Positions 25,753 through 34,419 of a stretch of DNA of 64,000 nucleotides are shown piece after piece. Both the position numbers and the translations under genes were made by a program. Within the stretch, counting starts at the first letter, position 1. Each line of letters opens with the position of its first letter. The stretch covers positions 1,037-65,036 of the forward strand of contig JACQZX010000035.1 of NCBI GenBank assembly GCA_016213665.1, read 5' to 3'. Source of the DNA: Actinomycetota bacterium (GTDB taxonomy: Bacteria; Actinomycetota; Acidimicrobiia; Acidimicrobiales; Ilumatobacteraceae). The notes below the pieces were generated by a model. The model made no database searches and was not told where the DNA came from. It saw only the letters and a program-made list of their open reading frames with translations.

Positions 25753-26553
25753 TCACTCGACGGTTGCAAGTGGACCGGCGCCTCTTCCGCGTGCGTCCAG
25801 CGCTGGCTCGCGCGACATTGCCAAGCCGAGGGTCATGAACGCGCCGAACGTCAGGACCGCGGCAAGGGCCACGTCGATCCCCTTCTTGTCGAGGCCAGCG
25901 GCCTCGAGCACCAACCAGACCAGCGCCCAGGCTGGCAACGTGAACGCGAACAGGGCGACGGGAACCCGCGGCAGGATCCGTGCGCGATGCATCCCGACGC
26001 CGATGAGCACAACAACGAGACCGACCTCGACGGCGAGCACGACGATGCCCGCGTAGGCGAACGGCAAAGCCACCGGGATCGCGACCACGCCGAGCCAGAA
26101 CGCGACGCGACCGAACATCCCGAGACCACCGTGGCGAACTCGCAGACCGATCAGGCCGTACACGAACGCCACGGTGGCAGCCGTGCAGAGGGCGACGCCG
26201 ATGCCTGACAGCGGTTGCTCGCTCTTACCCGCATTCGCGGCGATCCCGCCCACGAGCATCATCGGCGGTGCGAGCATCGCGGCGAACCCGGCGCGACGGG
26301 TGAGTGTTGTAGACACGGCTCCTCCTCGTTTTTCTTGTTCGATGAACACGCGTGCGACGAGCTCCGCAGAGCCGAACCGCGCCAGCGCCTCCGCCTCCGC
26401 CTCCGCTGGTGTCTGACCGCGTGCGATGTTGGCTGCGACCGTCATGAGCAGGTGGTCCTCGACCTCGGCGACGATGTCGTCGAGGTCGGGGAGCTTTGAG
26501 GTCGAGTACCTCAGCTCGGTCAGGTACGCCGCAATCAGGCCGGGTTCGGCCAT
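25753..26553 (-). CDS. Polytopic membrane protein co-transcribed with a PadR regulator
   Basis: The N-terminal cytoplasmic helix region (LTELRYSTSKLPD...) is typical of PadR-associated membrane partners. Several TM segments follow. Confidence 0.55.
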   Translation of the reverse strand: MAEPGLIAAYLTELRYSTSKLPDLDDIVAEVEDHLLMTVAANIARGQTPAEAEAEALARFGSAELVARVFIEQEKRGGAVSTTLTRRAGFAAMLAPPMMLVGGIAANAGKSEQPLSGIGVALCTAATVAFVYGLIGLRVRHGGLGMFGRVAFWLGVVAIPVALPFAYAGIVVLAVEVGLVVVLIGVGMHRARILPRVPVALFAFTLPAWALVWLVLEAAGLDKKGIDVALAAVLTFGAFMTLGLAMSREPALDARGRGAGPLATVE

Positions 26554-26879
26554 GGCTCCACCTTCGGTCCGAGCACCCCTTGAACTGCGAGCGCGAATGC
26601 TTGCCAGTCGCGGCGCTTCTCTTCGACTGTGCCCTTGCCGTGCGACGTGAGCTCGTACACGCGCCGGCGCCGGCCGCCCACCTCGGTCCATTTCGATGCC
26701 AGCAGCCCGGCCCGCTCGAGGCGGTGCAGAGCCGGATAGATCGTGCCCTCGGGCAGGTCGAGGGCGTCGGCGGTGCGGATACGTAACTCCTCCATCAGCG
26801 CGTAGCCGTGGCGCGGTCCGTCCTCCACCACGGCCAACAACAGCAGATCGAGATGACCTTTCAGCGCCTCAGCCTTCAT
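26535..26879 (-). CDS. PadR-family transcriptional regulator
   Basis: LLLLAVVEDGPRHGYALMEEL ... GTIYPALHRLERAGLL. Confidence 0.9.
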   Translation of the reverse strand: MKAEALKGHLDLLLLAVVEDGPRHGYALMEELRIRTADALDLPEGTIYPALHRLERAGLLASKWTEVGGRRRRVYELTSHGKGTVEEKRRDWQAFALAVQGVLGPKVEPWPNPA

Positions 26880-26978
26880 ACCTAGCTACCCTATGCCTCG
26901 CAACGCGATCCGTCAAGGCAAGATTCCCCGCTCCAGCGTGACGATCCAACGCAACAGGGGCGGAGCGTCTTTCCTCGC

Positions 26979-27279
26979 CTACTCTGCGTCCTCCACAAGG
27001 GAAGCCAACACGGTCTCGATGCTGGCCTGGAATGACGGCAGGTCGTCGCGTGCGGTTGCGTATCCGGCTCGCATCCGTCCACGGGATGGCCGTGTGGTCG
27101 GCTTTGAGGCCAGCGGAGAGTTGGCTGACCGCCTCGCCCAGTACCGTGAAGTTCCAGAGGAGCGAGTCGCGGCGGTCGGGGACAGCTTCGAGCTCGGTTG
27201 GAGACATCGCCGCGGTGAGGTTGAGGATTCGCTCTACCGCGTTGACGATCTCGGCGAGCAGCACGGCGTCACGCCGCAT
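26979..27279 (-). pseudogene. HepT (DUF86) toxin remnant lacking the Rx4HxY catalytic motif
   Basis: The N-terminal part (AVLLAEIVNAVERI...LGEAVSQL...IPWTDASRIRNR) stops matching after RNR. The expected xxHxY block is missing. The C-terminal RDDLPSFQASIETVLASLVEDAE continues in another frame. Confidence 0.6.
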
Positions 27280-27586
27280 ACAACGTCCGAGCCTCCGCCA
27301 GCACGTTGTCGCGCAGCATCCGGTGGACGGCGCGCTTGGCAACGAGTTCGACTCGACGCCCAAAGACCTCGGCGAGTTCATCCTCGAGCCGGTTGATCGC
27401 AAAGCCAAGCGAGCGCTCAGGTGCCATCACATAGAGCAGATCAACGTCACTCGTCGGGGTCGCCACTCCTCGCGCGACGGATCCAAAGACTGCGAGCTCA
27501 GCGAGCCCATACCGCTCGCAGATATCCACGAGGCGGGTCGCGTCAACGGCGAACTCACCAACTACGTCGAGCGCGACGCGAGACAT
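27269..27586 (-). CDS. MNT-type nucleotidyltransferase antitoxin
   Basis: FGSVARG...TSDVDLL is the GSxxRG ... DxD motif. It overlaps the HepT remnant start. Confidence 0.8.
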   Translation of the reverse strand: MSRVALDVVGEFAVDATRLVDICERYGLAELAVFGSVARGVATPTSDVDLLYVMAPERSLGFAINRLEDELAEVFGRRVELVAKRAVHRMLRDNVLAEARTLYAA

Positions 27587-27648
27587 GGACTCATTCTGCC
27601 ACCAAGTGACCGACACGCAGTGTCTGTTGTCGAATTCGCAACAGCCAA

Positions 27649-28077
27649 GTGGACCTCAGTGGACTGCTCTCAAACCTTTCACCACAGGTGTTGGACCTTT
27701 GGAAACAGCCGATTCCGACCACTCCCCCGAGTCCATCACGTCCTGCAAGAAAGTTGCAGCGACAAAGACGTCTACCGAATGACATTGTACAACAGCTCGT
27801 TTTTCGCTACCAGAGTGGAAGCTCTGTCGTGCAGATAGCCAAAGAGTTCGGCATCAACCGCGAGACAGCTCTCGAACACCTCAAACGAGCCGGCATTGCA
27901 CGGAGGCCGCACGTCCGCAAGCTGACCGACGAACTCGTTCAAGAAGCCAGACAGCTCTACGCCACAGGGTTGTCACTGAAAAATGTCGCGGCACACTTCA
28001 ACGTCAACGAGACCACGATCCGCAACGAGCTCACCCGCGCCGGTATCCGAGTGCGACCAAGACGCGGCTGGAGCTGA
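27649..28077 (+). CDS. Tandem helix-turn-helix (resolvase/sigma-r4-like) protein
   Basis: Two HTH repeats are present: VQQLVFRYQSGSSVVQIAKEFGINRETALEHLKRAGI and VQEARQLYATGLSLKNVAAHFNVNETTIRNELTRAGI. Confidence 0.6.
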   Translation: MDLSGLLSNLSPQVLDLWKQPIPTTPPSPSRPARKLQRQRRLPNDIVQQLVFRYQSGSSVVQIAKEFGINRETALEHLKRAGIARRPHVRKLTDELVQEARQLYATGLSLKNVAAHFNVNETTIRNELTRAGIRVRPRRGWS

Positions 28078-28358
28078 ATCGAACCTGTAATTCACGACCG
28101 TCACGGCCCATCCTCACCGGTAGGGTTGCCGCATGAGTGACGCGGCATCCACTCCAACCGAAGCGCCGCAAGGCACCGGATTGTTGCCGCGCGACTGCTC
28201 CGCCGACGAACTCTCCGCCGCCCCCGTACTCACCTCCCAGCGCGGCCCTCAGTCGCCGCCGTCGCCCATCGTTGGAGCGCCATGTCAACAGCCTGGCAGG
28301 CCACCAACTCTTCCTCTCCGTCGTCACCGTCGCAGAACTCCAATGGTCAGTGTGTCTT

Positions 28359-30251
28359 TCACCCGAGGAGTGACATCGTCACGTCGACGATGTCGGCGGG
28401 TGTGACCTGCCCGGCTGCGATAATGAGCCGACTTGAGGTTGACAACGCGGCTTGTTCACGCCGCAAGACTTCGAGCAGTTGACTGATCGCCTCGGATTCG
28501 GCGACTGTCAGGAGCGGATCGCTGTTCGCCGCCGTGATGACTGGATCAGGCGATGCATCCCCGAGGACGACTAGGGGGAGGTCACCGAATCCTCCGATCG
28601 CGGCTACCTGAGTGCTGCTCTCATAGAGTCGTTTCGCTTCGGGTTGGTCGCGAAGCGTCTGGTCCATCTGTTCGAGGGCGTCGGTGGGCAACAGCAATCG
28701 AACGCGCTCGAGGTAGTCCGAGCTCATGCCGTTCACCAGCACCAAGCCGACCACTTCGTCGCGGTGGGTGGCCGCGAACATCTGCGCATCGAGGCCGCCG
28801 GTCCATTCGCCGATCACCACGAACGGACCGCGCTCGCCGATCGTATCGAGGGTCTCGGCAAGGTCATCGGCGACGGTCGCGGCGGGGCCGGCGAGCCCGG
28901 CTTCGGCGGGATCGGCGATGCCCACCGGCTCGTAGGCGCATACCCGCGTGATGCGCGACAGTCGCGCCTCGACGACGGCCCACGGAGCTCCATCGTCGCT
29001 GTTGCGTTCCAACACAACCGTCACCCTGCCGCTCCCGGAGCAGCGAACGTACGTGGTTCCCATACGGACGTCGATTCTGCGCGCGACATCGGGCACGGCT
29101 GCGGCCTCCAGGGGCTTCGTCGGATCGATTCGCAGCAGGACGTTTCTGCGGTGCGGTGTGATCCAGACCGAACCGCGCCCGATTGCCACTCCACCGGGCC
29201 GGTTGCCGATCGGGGACGTCGCCACCACACGTGCACTCCGGGTGTCGATGAGCGAGATGGTGCCGTCGAGGAAGTTGGTGGCCCAGACCGCGTCGTCGCC
29301 GGCAGCCAGCGAGTGGATCCAGCGACCGGTCACGACGGTGGCGGTCACCTCCGCGGTGGTCGGATCGATCCTGACGACCGACCCGGTCTGCTCAGTACCG
29401 GTCCTGTTGACCGCGACCCAGATCGACCCTGCGGCCACGACCACGCTTCGTGGTTCGCCGCCGACATCGATGACAGCCGCCACCCGGCCCTCGGCGAGAT
29501 CGACCCGACTGACGGTCGTGCTGCCCATGTTCGCGACCCACAGGCTGTCACCGTCGATCGTGGCAAACCCAGGTCGGGCGCCAAGCGGGATCTCGCCGAC
29601 CTCCGCCGCCGTGCCCGGATCAATCTCGACGACCTGGCTCTCGCCGCCGCGCTCGGCGATGACCCACAGTCGCTCACCGTCACTCGCAAGGTTCGGTTGG
29701 CTATCGAAGCCGAGACGGTCCGTCAACGCACCGGTAGCCGGATCGACACGAATCACCTCGTTGGGCTCGTAGCGCGAGAGCCACAGCCAGCCTCCCACCT
29801 CACGGACACCTTCGATGTGGTCCGGGATCGAAAACGTGTCGACGACGCGGTCGGTCGTCGGATCGACGCGATACAACTCCTCGTCGAATTGCGACGTCAC
29901 CCAGACGGCGTCCTCGGTCACATCCAAGCCACGGACACCGAACGAGTAACCAATCGGAATCTCCGTGATGCCCGACGGGGCCGATCCGATGTCGGCCACA
30001 GTCGCAGGCTTGTCCGACCAGATCACTGCAATGGCCGCCATCCCGACCAGGACCACCGCGGCAGCCGCGGCAACCAACCACGCGCTGCGCCGCCGGTGCA
30101 TCGGTGTCGGCGGCGACAGCTCGACCAGCGTCATCGGGGTCCGCTGAACCCGCGCCGTCAGCACTGGCTCCTCGGGCACCGGCTCCTCGTCCGCCCAACT
30201 CGACAGAGCTTCTCGAATGCGGTCGATGACCTCTTCGTCCGACAACTTCAT
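28359..30251 (-). CDS. Anti-sigma-like single-pass membrane protein with 7-bladed beta-propeller and C-terminal alpha/beta-hydrolase fold lacking the nucleophile
   Basis: ATGA-coupled to the ECF sigma gene. One TM helix is present (AWLVAAAAAVVLVGMAAIAVIW). Seven repeats of the type xxWV...V.RVDPxT follow. The hydrolase elbow reads GEWTG instead of GxSxG. Confidence 0.65.
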   Translation of the reverse strand: MKLSDEEVIDRIREALSSWADEEPVPEEPVLTARVQRTPMTLVELSPPTPMHRRRSAWLVAAAAAVVLVGMAAIAVIWSDKPATVADIGSAPSGITEIPIGYSFGVRGLDVTEDAVWVTSQFDEELYRVDPTTDRVVDTFSIPDHIEGVREVGGWLWLSRYEPNEVIRVDPATGALTDRLGFDSQPNLASDGERLWVIAERGGESQVVEIDPGTAAEVGEIPLGARPGFATIDGDSLWVANMGSTTVSRVDLAEGRVAAVIDVGGEPRSVVVAAGSIWVAVNRTGTEQTGSVVRIDPTTAEVTATVVTGRWIHSLAAGDDAVWATNFLDGTISLIDTRSARVVATSPIGNRPGGVAIGRGSVWITPHRRNVLLRIDPTKPLEAAAVPDVARRIDVRMGTTYVRCSGSGRVTVVLERNSDDGAPWAVVEARLSRITRVCAYEPVGIADPAEAGLAGPAATVADDLAETLDTIGERGPFVVIGEWTGGLDAQMFAATHRDEVVGLVLVNGMSSDYLERVRLLLPTDALEQMDQTLRDQPEAKRLYESSTQVAAIGGFGDLPLVVLGDASPDPVITAANSDPLLTVAESEAISQLLEVLRREQAALSTSSRLIIAAGQVTPADIVDVTMSLLG

Positions 30252-30754
30252 CGCTCGATCACCTTTCGCAGATCCTGCACCGCACGGTGCAGGAGGGACT
30301 TGACCGCTGGCACCGAGCAATCAAGCAGCTCGGCGATCTCGGCCTCCGGCAGGTCTTCGTAGTAGCGCAACACAACCGCCGACCGCTGCCGCACAGGCAG
30401 CGCTTCGAGCGCGCCACGCAGCTCGAAGCGATCATCATCCGCCACACCAGCCGCTGGGATCTCACGACGCTCGATCTTCCGGCGACGCTGATGATTGCGA
30501 CACCCATTGACGACAGCTGCGCGCAAGTACGAAACGGGATTCTCGATCACGTCCCACCGCGGCCCGACCCTCAAGAACGCGTCCTGCACCAGTTCCTCCG
30601 CCGCTGGATCGGTCCCGGTCAACAGCCGGGCCAATCGAACCATAGGCGCCCATCGAAACCGATACATGTCGACGAAACCCTGCGGCCAGATGCCGACAGC
30701 CTCGGACTGTTCGACCCAGGCACCGTCCTTGTCGGCCATCGTCCTCATCTTCAT
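30248..30754 (-). CDS. ECF-type sigma-70 family factor
   Basis: Region 2: ELVQDAFLRV ... YLRAAVVNGCRNHQRR. Region 4: LPVRQRSAVVLRYYEDLPEAEIAELLDCSVPAVKSLLHRA. Start is 30754 or 30739. Confidence 0.85.
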   Translation of the reverse strand: MKMRTMADKDGAWVEQSEAVGIWPQGFVDMYRFRWAPMVRLARLLTGTDPAAEELVQDAFLRVGPRWDVIENPVSYLRAAVVNGCRNHQRRRKIERREIPAAGVADDDRFELRGALEALPVRQRSAVVLRYYEDLPEAEIAELLDCSVPAVKSLLHRAVQDLRKVIER

Positions 30755-30950
30755 ACACCAAAGACACCCACCACCGCCGAAAGGTCGCGGTCGGCAGGCA
30801 TCCGAGCCGTGCAAGCTCTGGTCACGAGCTCATTCCCGCGGACAGCGCGTTCCCAGGCCATCCCCTGATCGCCGACCCGCGGGATCGAGCCGCCCGAGAC
30901 ATGCCGAGCACTGGTCGGGGTTTGAGAGTGGACTACTTGGTGGTGAAGGA

Positions 30951-31200
30951 GTGGACCTCAGCGCACAGCTCTCAAACCTCTCGCCCGCCCTACTGGGAGT
31001 TCTCTCGCGGGCTTCGGCCGCCTGCGCTCGGACATCAGGTCCAAAGGCTATTCGCCGAGTTCTTCAGCGACAGATTCGACTCAACGAGAAGCAAGTTGAT
31101 GATCTTGTTCAACGACACCTGCGGGCGATCGGGTTCACCAACTTGCTGCTCTGTACGGCATCCATCGAACCACCGTCGCCCAACACTTGAGTCGTCGTGG
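30951..31200 (+). pseudogene. Frameshifted paralogue of the HTH gene at 27649
   Basis: It opens with the same motif (VDLSAQLSNLSP vs VDLSGLLSNLSP, and LQRQIRL vs LQRQRRL). The HTH (AGDRVHQLAALYGIHRTTVAQHLSRRGI) is readable only after a frame change near 31125. Confidence 0.5.
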
Positions 31201-31215
31201 CATCACGAAGAAGGA

Positions 31216-31440
31216 TCAGCGCATTAAGGAGACGAAGCGGTCGACATCGAGACCCGCCTGACGAATGATCGACCGGAGCGTGCCCGGCGCCAGTTCCCGA
31301 TGCATCGGGACGATCACAGTCAGCCCGGCCTCCGATCGAAGCTTGACGTGACTGCCACGTTGGCTGATCTGTACGAAACCGGCGCGGCCCAAGGCCGACA
31401 CAACCCCTTGGCCGGAGACCTGCGGCAGCGGTGGACTCAC
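31216..31440 (-). CDS. hicA: HicA-family mRNA interferase toxin
   Basis: GFVQISQRGSHVKL...VPMHRELAPGTLRSIIRQAG. Confidence 0.8.
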   Translation of the reverse strand: MSPPLPQVSGQGVVSALGRAGFVQISQRGSHVKLRSEAGLTVIVPMHRELAPGTLRSIIRQAGLDVDRFVSLMR

Positions 31441-31661
31441 ACCGCCACGTCGAGGGAAACGATGATAGGCGACTCGTTCACAACGATTTCGGATTCGTCC
31501 TCGAAATAGAGTTCAAGCGCCTCGACCAGGTTTCGTCGCGCTTCCTCCAGCGATTCGCCTTGACTTGTGACCTCAACTTCGAGGCAGCGCGCCACGAACC
31601 AGCCGGAGTCCTCGGAGACAGCCGCAGTCAATCGCATTGCTTTGATTGTAACGCCGTCCAC
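31437..31661 (-). CDS. hicB: HicB-family antitoxin (UPF0150 fold)
   Basis: WFVARCLEVEVTSQGESLEEARRNLVEALELYFE. It overlaps hicA by 4 nt. Confidence 0.75.
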   Translation of the reverse strand: MDGVTIKAMRLTAAVSEDSGWFVARCLEVEVTSQGESLEEARRNLVEALELYFEDESEIVVNESPIIVSLDVAV

Positions 31662-31777
31662 GATCGGGGCGCTTGCCAGGTCCTGAGTGGAAGTACGTTG
31701 TCCGCCAGACAGCGCCGGTATTGCGCAGCGTCAGCCATGCATAGAATCGCGTCGACGATCCATGCCGAGGAGAGCGT

Positions 31778-32926
31778 GTGCGAGTGCTGGTGCTGGGTTC
31801 CACAGGGCGCGTCGCGGGAATGGCGATCCCGCTCCTCGCGACGGTGGCGTCCGTCGATGACATCGTGGTAGCCGGGCGTGATCGCGATCGAGTCGCACAA
31901 CGCTTGGCCGAGCTGGGCATTTCGGCGCAGATAGCTCAAGCGGACGCGACCGACGCGTCGGAGGTCGCGGCAGCTGCGACTGACTGTGACCTCGTGATGA
32001 ACCTCGCTGGCCTTGACAACATCACGCCGCTCAGCGCTGCTGCTGGCGCTTTGCGCGCGGGCTGCCACTACGTCGATATCGGCGCATCGCCCACCGCCAT
32101 GCGCGAGCTGCTCGGGCAGTCCGCCGCATTCGCCGCGGCAGGGCTGTCGTGCGTTCCATCCGCGGGCACCGCGCCGGGCGTCTCTGGCATGCTCGGCACC
32201 CATGCTGCCTCGCTGCTCGATGAGTGCGACCGCATCACGATCAATCTCGGCGTGCCGTTCCTGCGGTGGGGTGACCCCGCCGAGATCCACGCTGGCCTGC
32301 GCGACGGTGCCGCCGTGCTGCAGACCCATGCGGCCGTTCTCGCCTGGTTCGTCCGTCCCGCGCCGGTGGTGCGCGGCGGTCAGCTCGCGTTCGTGCGGCC
32401 GGGCGACAATGTCGTTGCTGCCACCGCACCCGACGGCCGCTCCTACGAGATGATGCCGATCCACTCGACCGAAGCGCTGACGGTTCCACTCGCCGTGCCG
32501 CGCACGACGGGGGTGGAGTCGCGGTGCGCCCTGTGGCCGAATGAGATTATGGAGATGATCGCGGGACACCCGGCTGACGCCGACCTTGAAGAGCTGACAC
32601 GAACCGTCTTCGCCGAACTCGCGACATGGGAGCCACAGCGGTTGCAGCCACCGCCGGATTTCCCCGAGGTGGTGTTCTGGGCTCAGGCGGACGGCAGGAT
32701 CGAGGGTCACGAACGGTCAGTGCGCTGTACGCGCAACACCGCGTTCACAACGGCCGGAGCGGTCGTGACTGCAGGGATTCTCGCAGCGACGGACCCGACC
32801 ACTCCGCGAGGGGTGCACCCATCTGAGGTCTGCTTTGATGTCGTGTCGTTCCTGCAGCGCGTCGCCGAAACGGAGCACACATCAATCGACGGGCCTCCCG
32901 TTACGGTGACGATCACCGATCAATGA
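31778..32926 (+). CDS. Saccharopine dehydrogenase-like NAD(P)-binding protein
   Basis: MRVLVLGSTGRVAG Rossmann start. Length and pattern fit the saccharopine dehydrogenase family. Confidence 0.6.
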   Translation: MRVLVLGSTGRVAGMAIPLLATVASVDDIVVAGRDRDRVAQRLAELGISAQIAQADATDASEVAAAATDCDLVMNLAGLDNITPLSAAAGALRAGCHYVDIGASPTAMRELLGQSAAFAAAGLSCVPSAGTAPGVSGMLGTHAASLLDECDRITINLGVPFLRWGDPAEIHAGLRDGAAVLQTHAAVLAWFVRPAPVVRGGQLAFVRPGDNVVAATAPDGRSYEMMPIHSTEALTVPLAVPRTTGVESRCALWPNEIMEMIAGHPADADLEELTRTVFAELATWEPQRLQPPPDFPEVVFWAQADGRIEGHERSVRCTRNTAFTTAGAVVTAGILAATDPTTPRGVHPSEVCFDVVSFLQRVAETEHTSIDGPPVTVTITDQ

Positions 32927-32945
32927 ACCGTTGATAGTGACGCAG

Positions 32946-33019
32946 TGGGCGCAGAGGGACTCGAACCCCCGACATCTTCCTTGTAAGGGAAGCGCTCTAA
33001 CCAACTGAGCTATGCGCCC
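32946..33019 (-). tRNA. tRNA-Val (anticodon TAC)
   Basis: Cloverleaf: GGGCGCA/TGCGCCC acceptor stem, anticodon loop CTTACAA, T-arm GGGGGTTCGAGTCCCTC. Confidence 0.9.
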
Positions 33020-33774
33020 TCAATTGGTCGCTCAGCGTATCCGCGGCGGGCCGTTGTGAGTTGAGCCAATAGATCCGGTGTCGCGGCAGCAATCGGGGTG
33101 CGGCGGGCAGCGTGATCGAGCACGACCAAGTCGCGTCCGTGAAGGTCGGCGACCTCGGCGCCAGCCTCGCGACAGACCAACACCGCCGCCAGGTAATCCC
33201 ACACACCGTGCGCCTCGTCGACGCAATCGACGTATCCGTCGAGCACGCCAGCCGAGACGTGGCACAGATCGAGCGCGACAGCGCCGAGCGCTCGGAACTG
33301 GCTGTAGCCGAGCGGCGAGGGCGGCATGCCGTTGAGCCCGATGATCGCATCACTCACGTCGCAGCAGTGGGAGGGATGAAGCCGCGCGCCGTCACACCAG
33401 GCTCCCCCGCCTCGTTGCGCCCAGTACCGCTCGCCGGTGGCCTGGTTGGCCACCAGCGCAACAGCCGGACCGTCGGCGTCGACCAGACACAACGCAGTCG
33501 CGAAGTAGCGCACGCCGCGACTGGCGTTGGTGCTGCCGTCGATGGGGTCGATCACGACCACCTCACCAGTCAGGCCGGGTTCGAACTCGCTCTCCTCGGA
33601 GAGCGCCCCCACACCTGCCCGCCGCAACACTGCGAGGGCCGCCTGATTGGCAACGACATCGAGTCCATATTGGCCGCGGCGGCCGCCCGATGGCCCGAAA
33701 TCGGTGACGCCTGCAAGGGCTGCGGCAACGGAATCGGCGACCTCGTGCAGCAGGCTCAAACGATCAGGCTTCAT
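33010..33774 (-). CDS. Inositol monophosphatase family protein
   Basis: VIDPIDGSTN and WDYLAAVLVCREAG motifs. The stop codon TAG is the U8-A9-G10 of the downstream tRNA-Val. Confidence 0.8.
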   Translation of the reverse strand: MKPDRLSLLHEVADSVAAALAGVTDFGPSGGRRGQYGLDVVANQAALAVLRRAGVGALSEESEFEPGLTGEVVVIDPIDGSTNASRGVRYFATALCLVDADGPAVALVANQATGERYWAQRGGGAWCDGARLHPSHCCDVSDAIIGLNGMPPSPLGYSQFRALGAVALDLCHVSAGVLDGYVDCVDEAHGVWDYLAAVLVCREAGAEVADLHGRDLVVLDHAARRTPIAAATPDLLAQLTTARRGYAERPIEGA

Positions 33775-33830
33775 CGGCCTTGCACGGTAGTGTCGCTGGC
33801 AGCCCACCCGTCTCACCCGAAAGGATCGTT

Positions 33831-34400
33831 TTGGCCGTCATCGATGTCGCCGGCTTCGTGGCCGATCTCAAGGGTCACGCGGTCGATCACGGTTTTCATG
33901 TGCACGACGAACGGCATTTCGTGGAGACGTACTCGTTGCGCCAATTGTGGGAAGTCGATTTGCACCCCGAGGAAGCGTGCAACGGCCCTATCGACCTACA
34001 CCTTTCGCTGGAAGTCGACCCCCGTGCGCTGCTCGGCTTCGAGGACGAGGTGGTGAAACTCGACGATCCCGACGACGACCCACCGACGGGCTTCAGTTTC
34101 CCGTTGATCTTCACCTGGACACTGCCGCCACTGCCGCATCCCCCAGATCTGCTCGTGCTCGCCACCGAACTCGCCGGGGTCGGCGGCGTGTCACTTCCGC
34201 TGGAGGTGTCGGCTATCGATTCCTTTGCCAGCGTCACCGACGCCCCCGAGCGCAGTCTGTCGATCGTCTCGCGCATACCGGTCGATCTCGCCGACGTGTA
34301 CGGAGCCGACGACAAGGTCTTCTGCGACACGCTCGATAAATGCCGCGAAGCAAGCCTGTTCCTGCTCGAAAGAGCCGGCCACTGGCTGGGCGACGACTGA
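33831..34400 (+). CDS. Acidic hypothetical protein
   Basis: TTG 33831 follows GAAAGGA (the ORF opens at 33780). No domain recognised. Confidence 0.4.
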   Translation: MAVIDVAGFVADLKGHAVDHGFHVHDERHFVETYSLRQLWEVDLHPEEACNGPIDLHLSLEVDPRALLGFEDEVVKLDDPDDDPPTGFSFPLIFTWTLPPLPHPPDLLVLATELAGVGGVSLPLEVSAIDSFASVTDAPERSLSIVSRIPVDLADVYGADDKVFCDTLDKCREASLFLLERAGHWLGDD

Positions 34401-34419
34401 CTGGCGTGTCGACGTCGCG

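Noticed and set aside
28133-28405. A possible PIN-domain (VapC) remnant, suggested by ...HQLFLSVVTVAELQ in ORF 28137-28373.
   Set aside because: Only one short signature is present. The rest of the ORF is Pro/Arg-rich and no antitoxin partner is visible, which is insufficient for a call.
26869-32946. The possibility that the TA/ECF region is a genomic island anchored at the 3' end of tRNA-Val.
   Set aside because: By eye I found no integrase and no direct repeat of the tRNA-Val 3' half at the far boundary. Only a 9-nt chance match (aagggaagc) lies near 26990.
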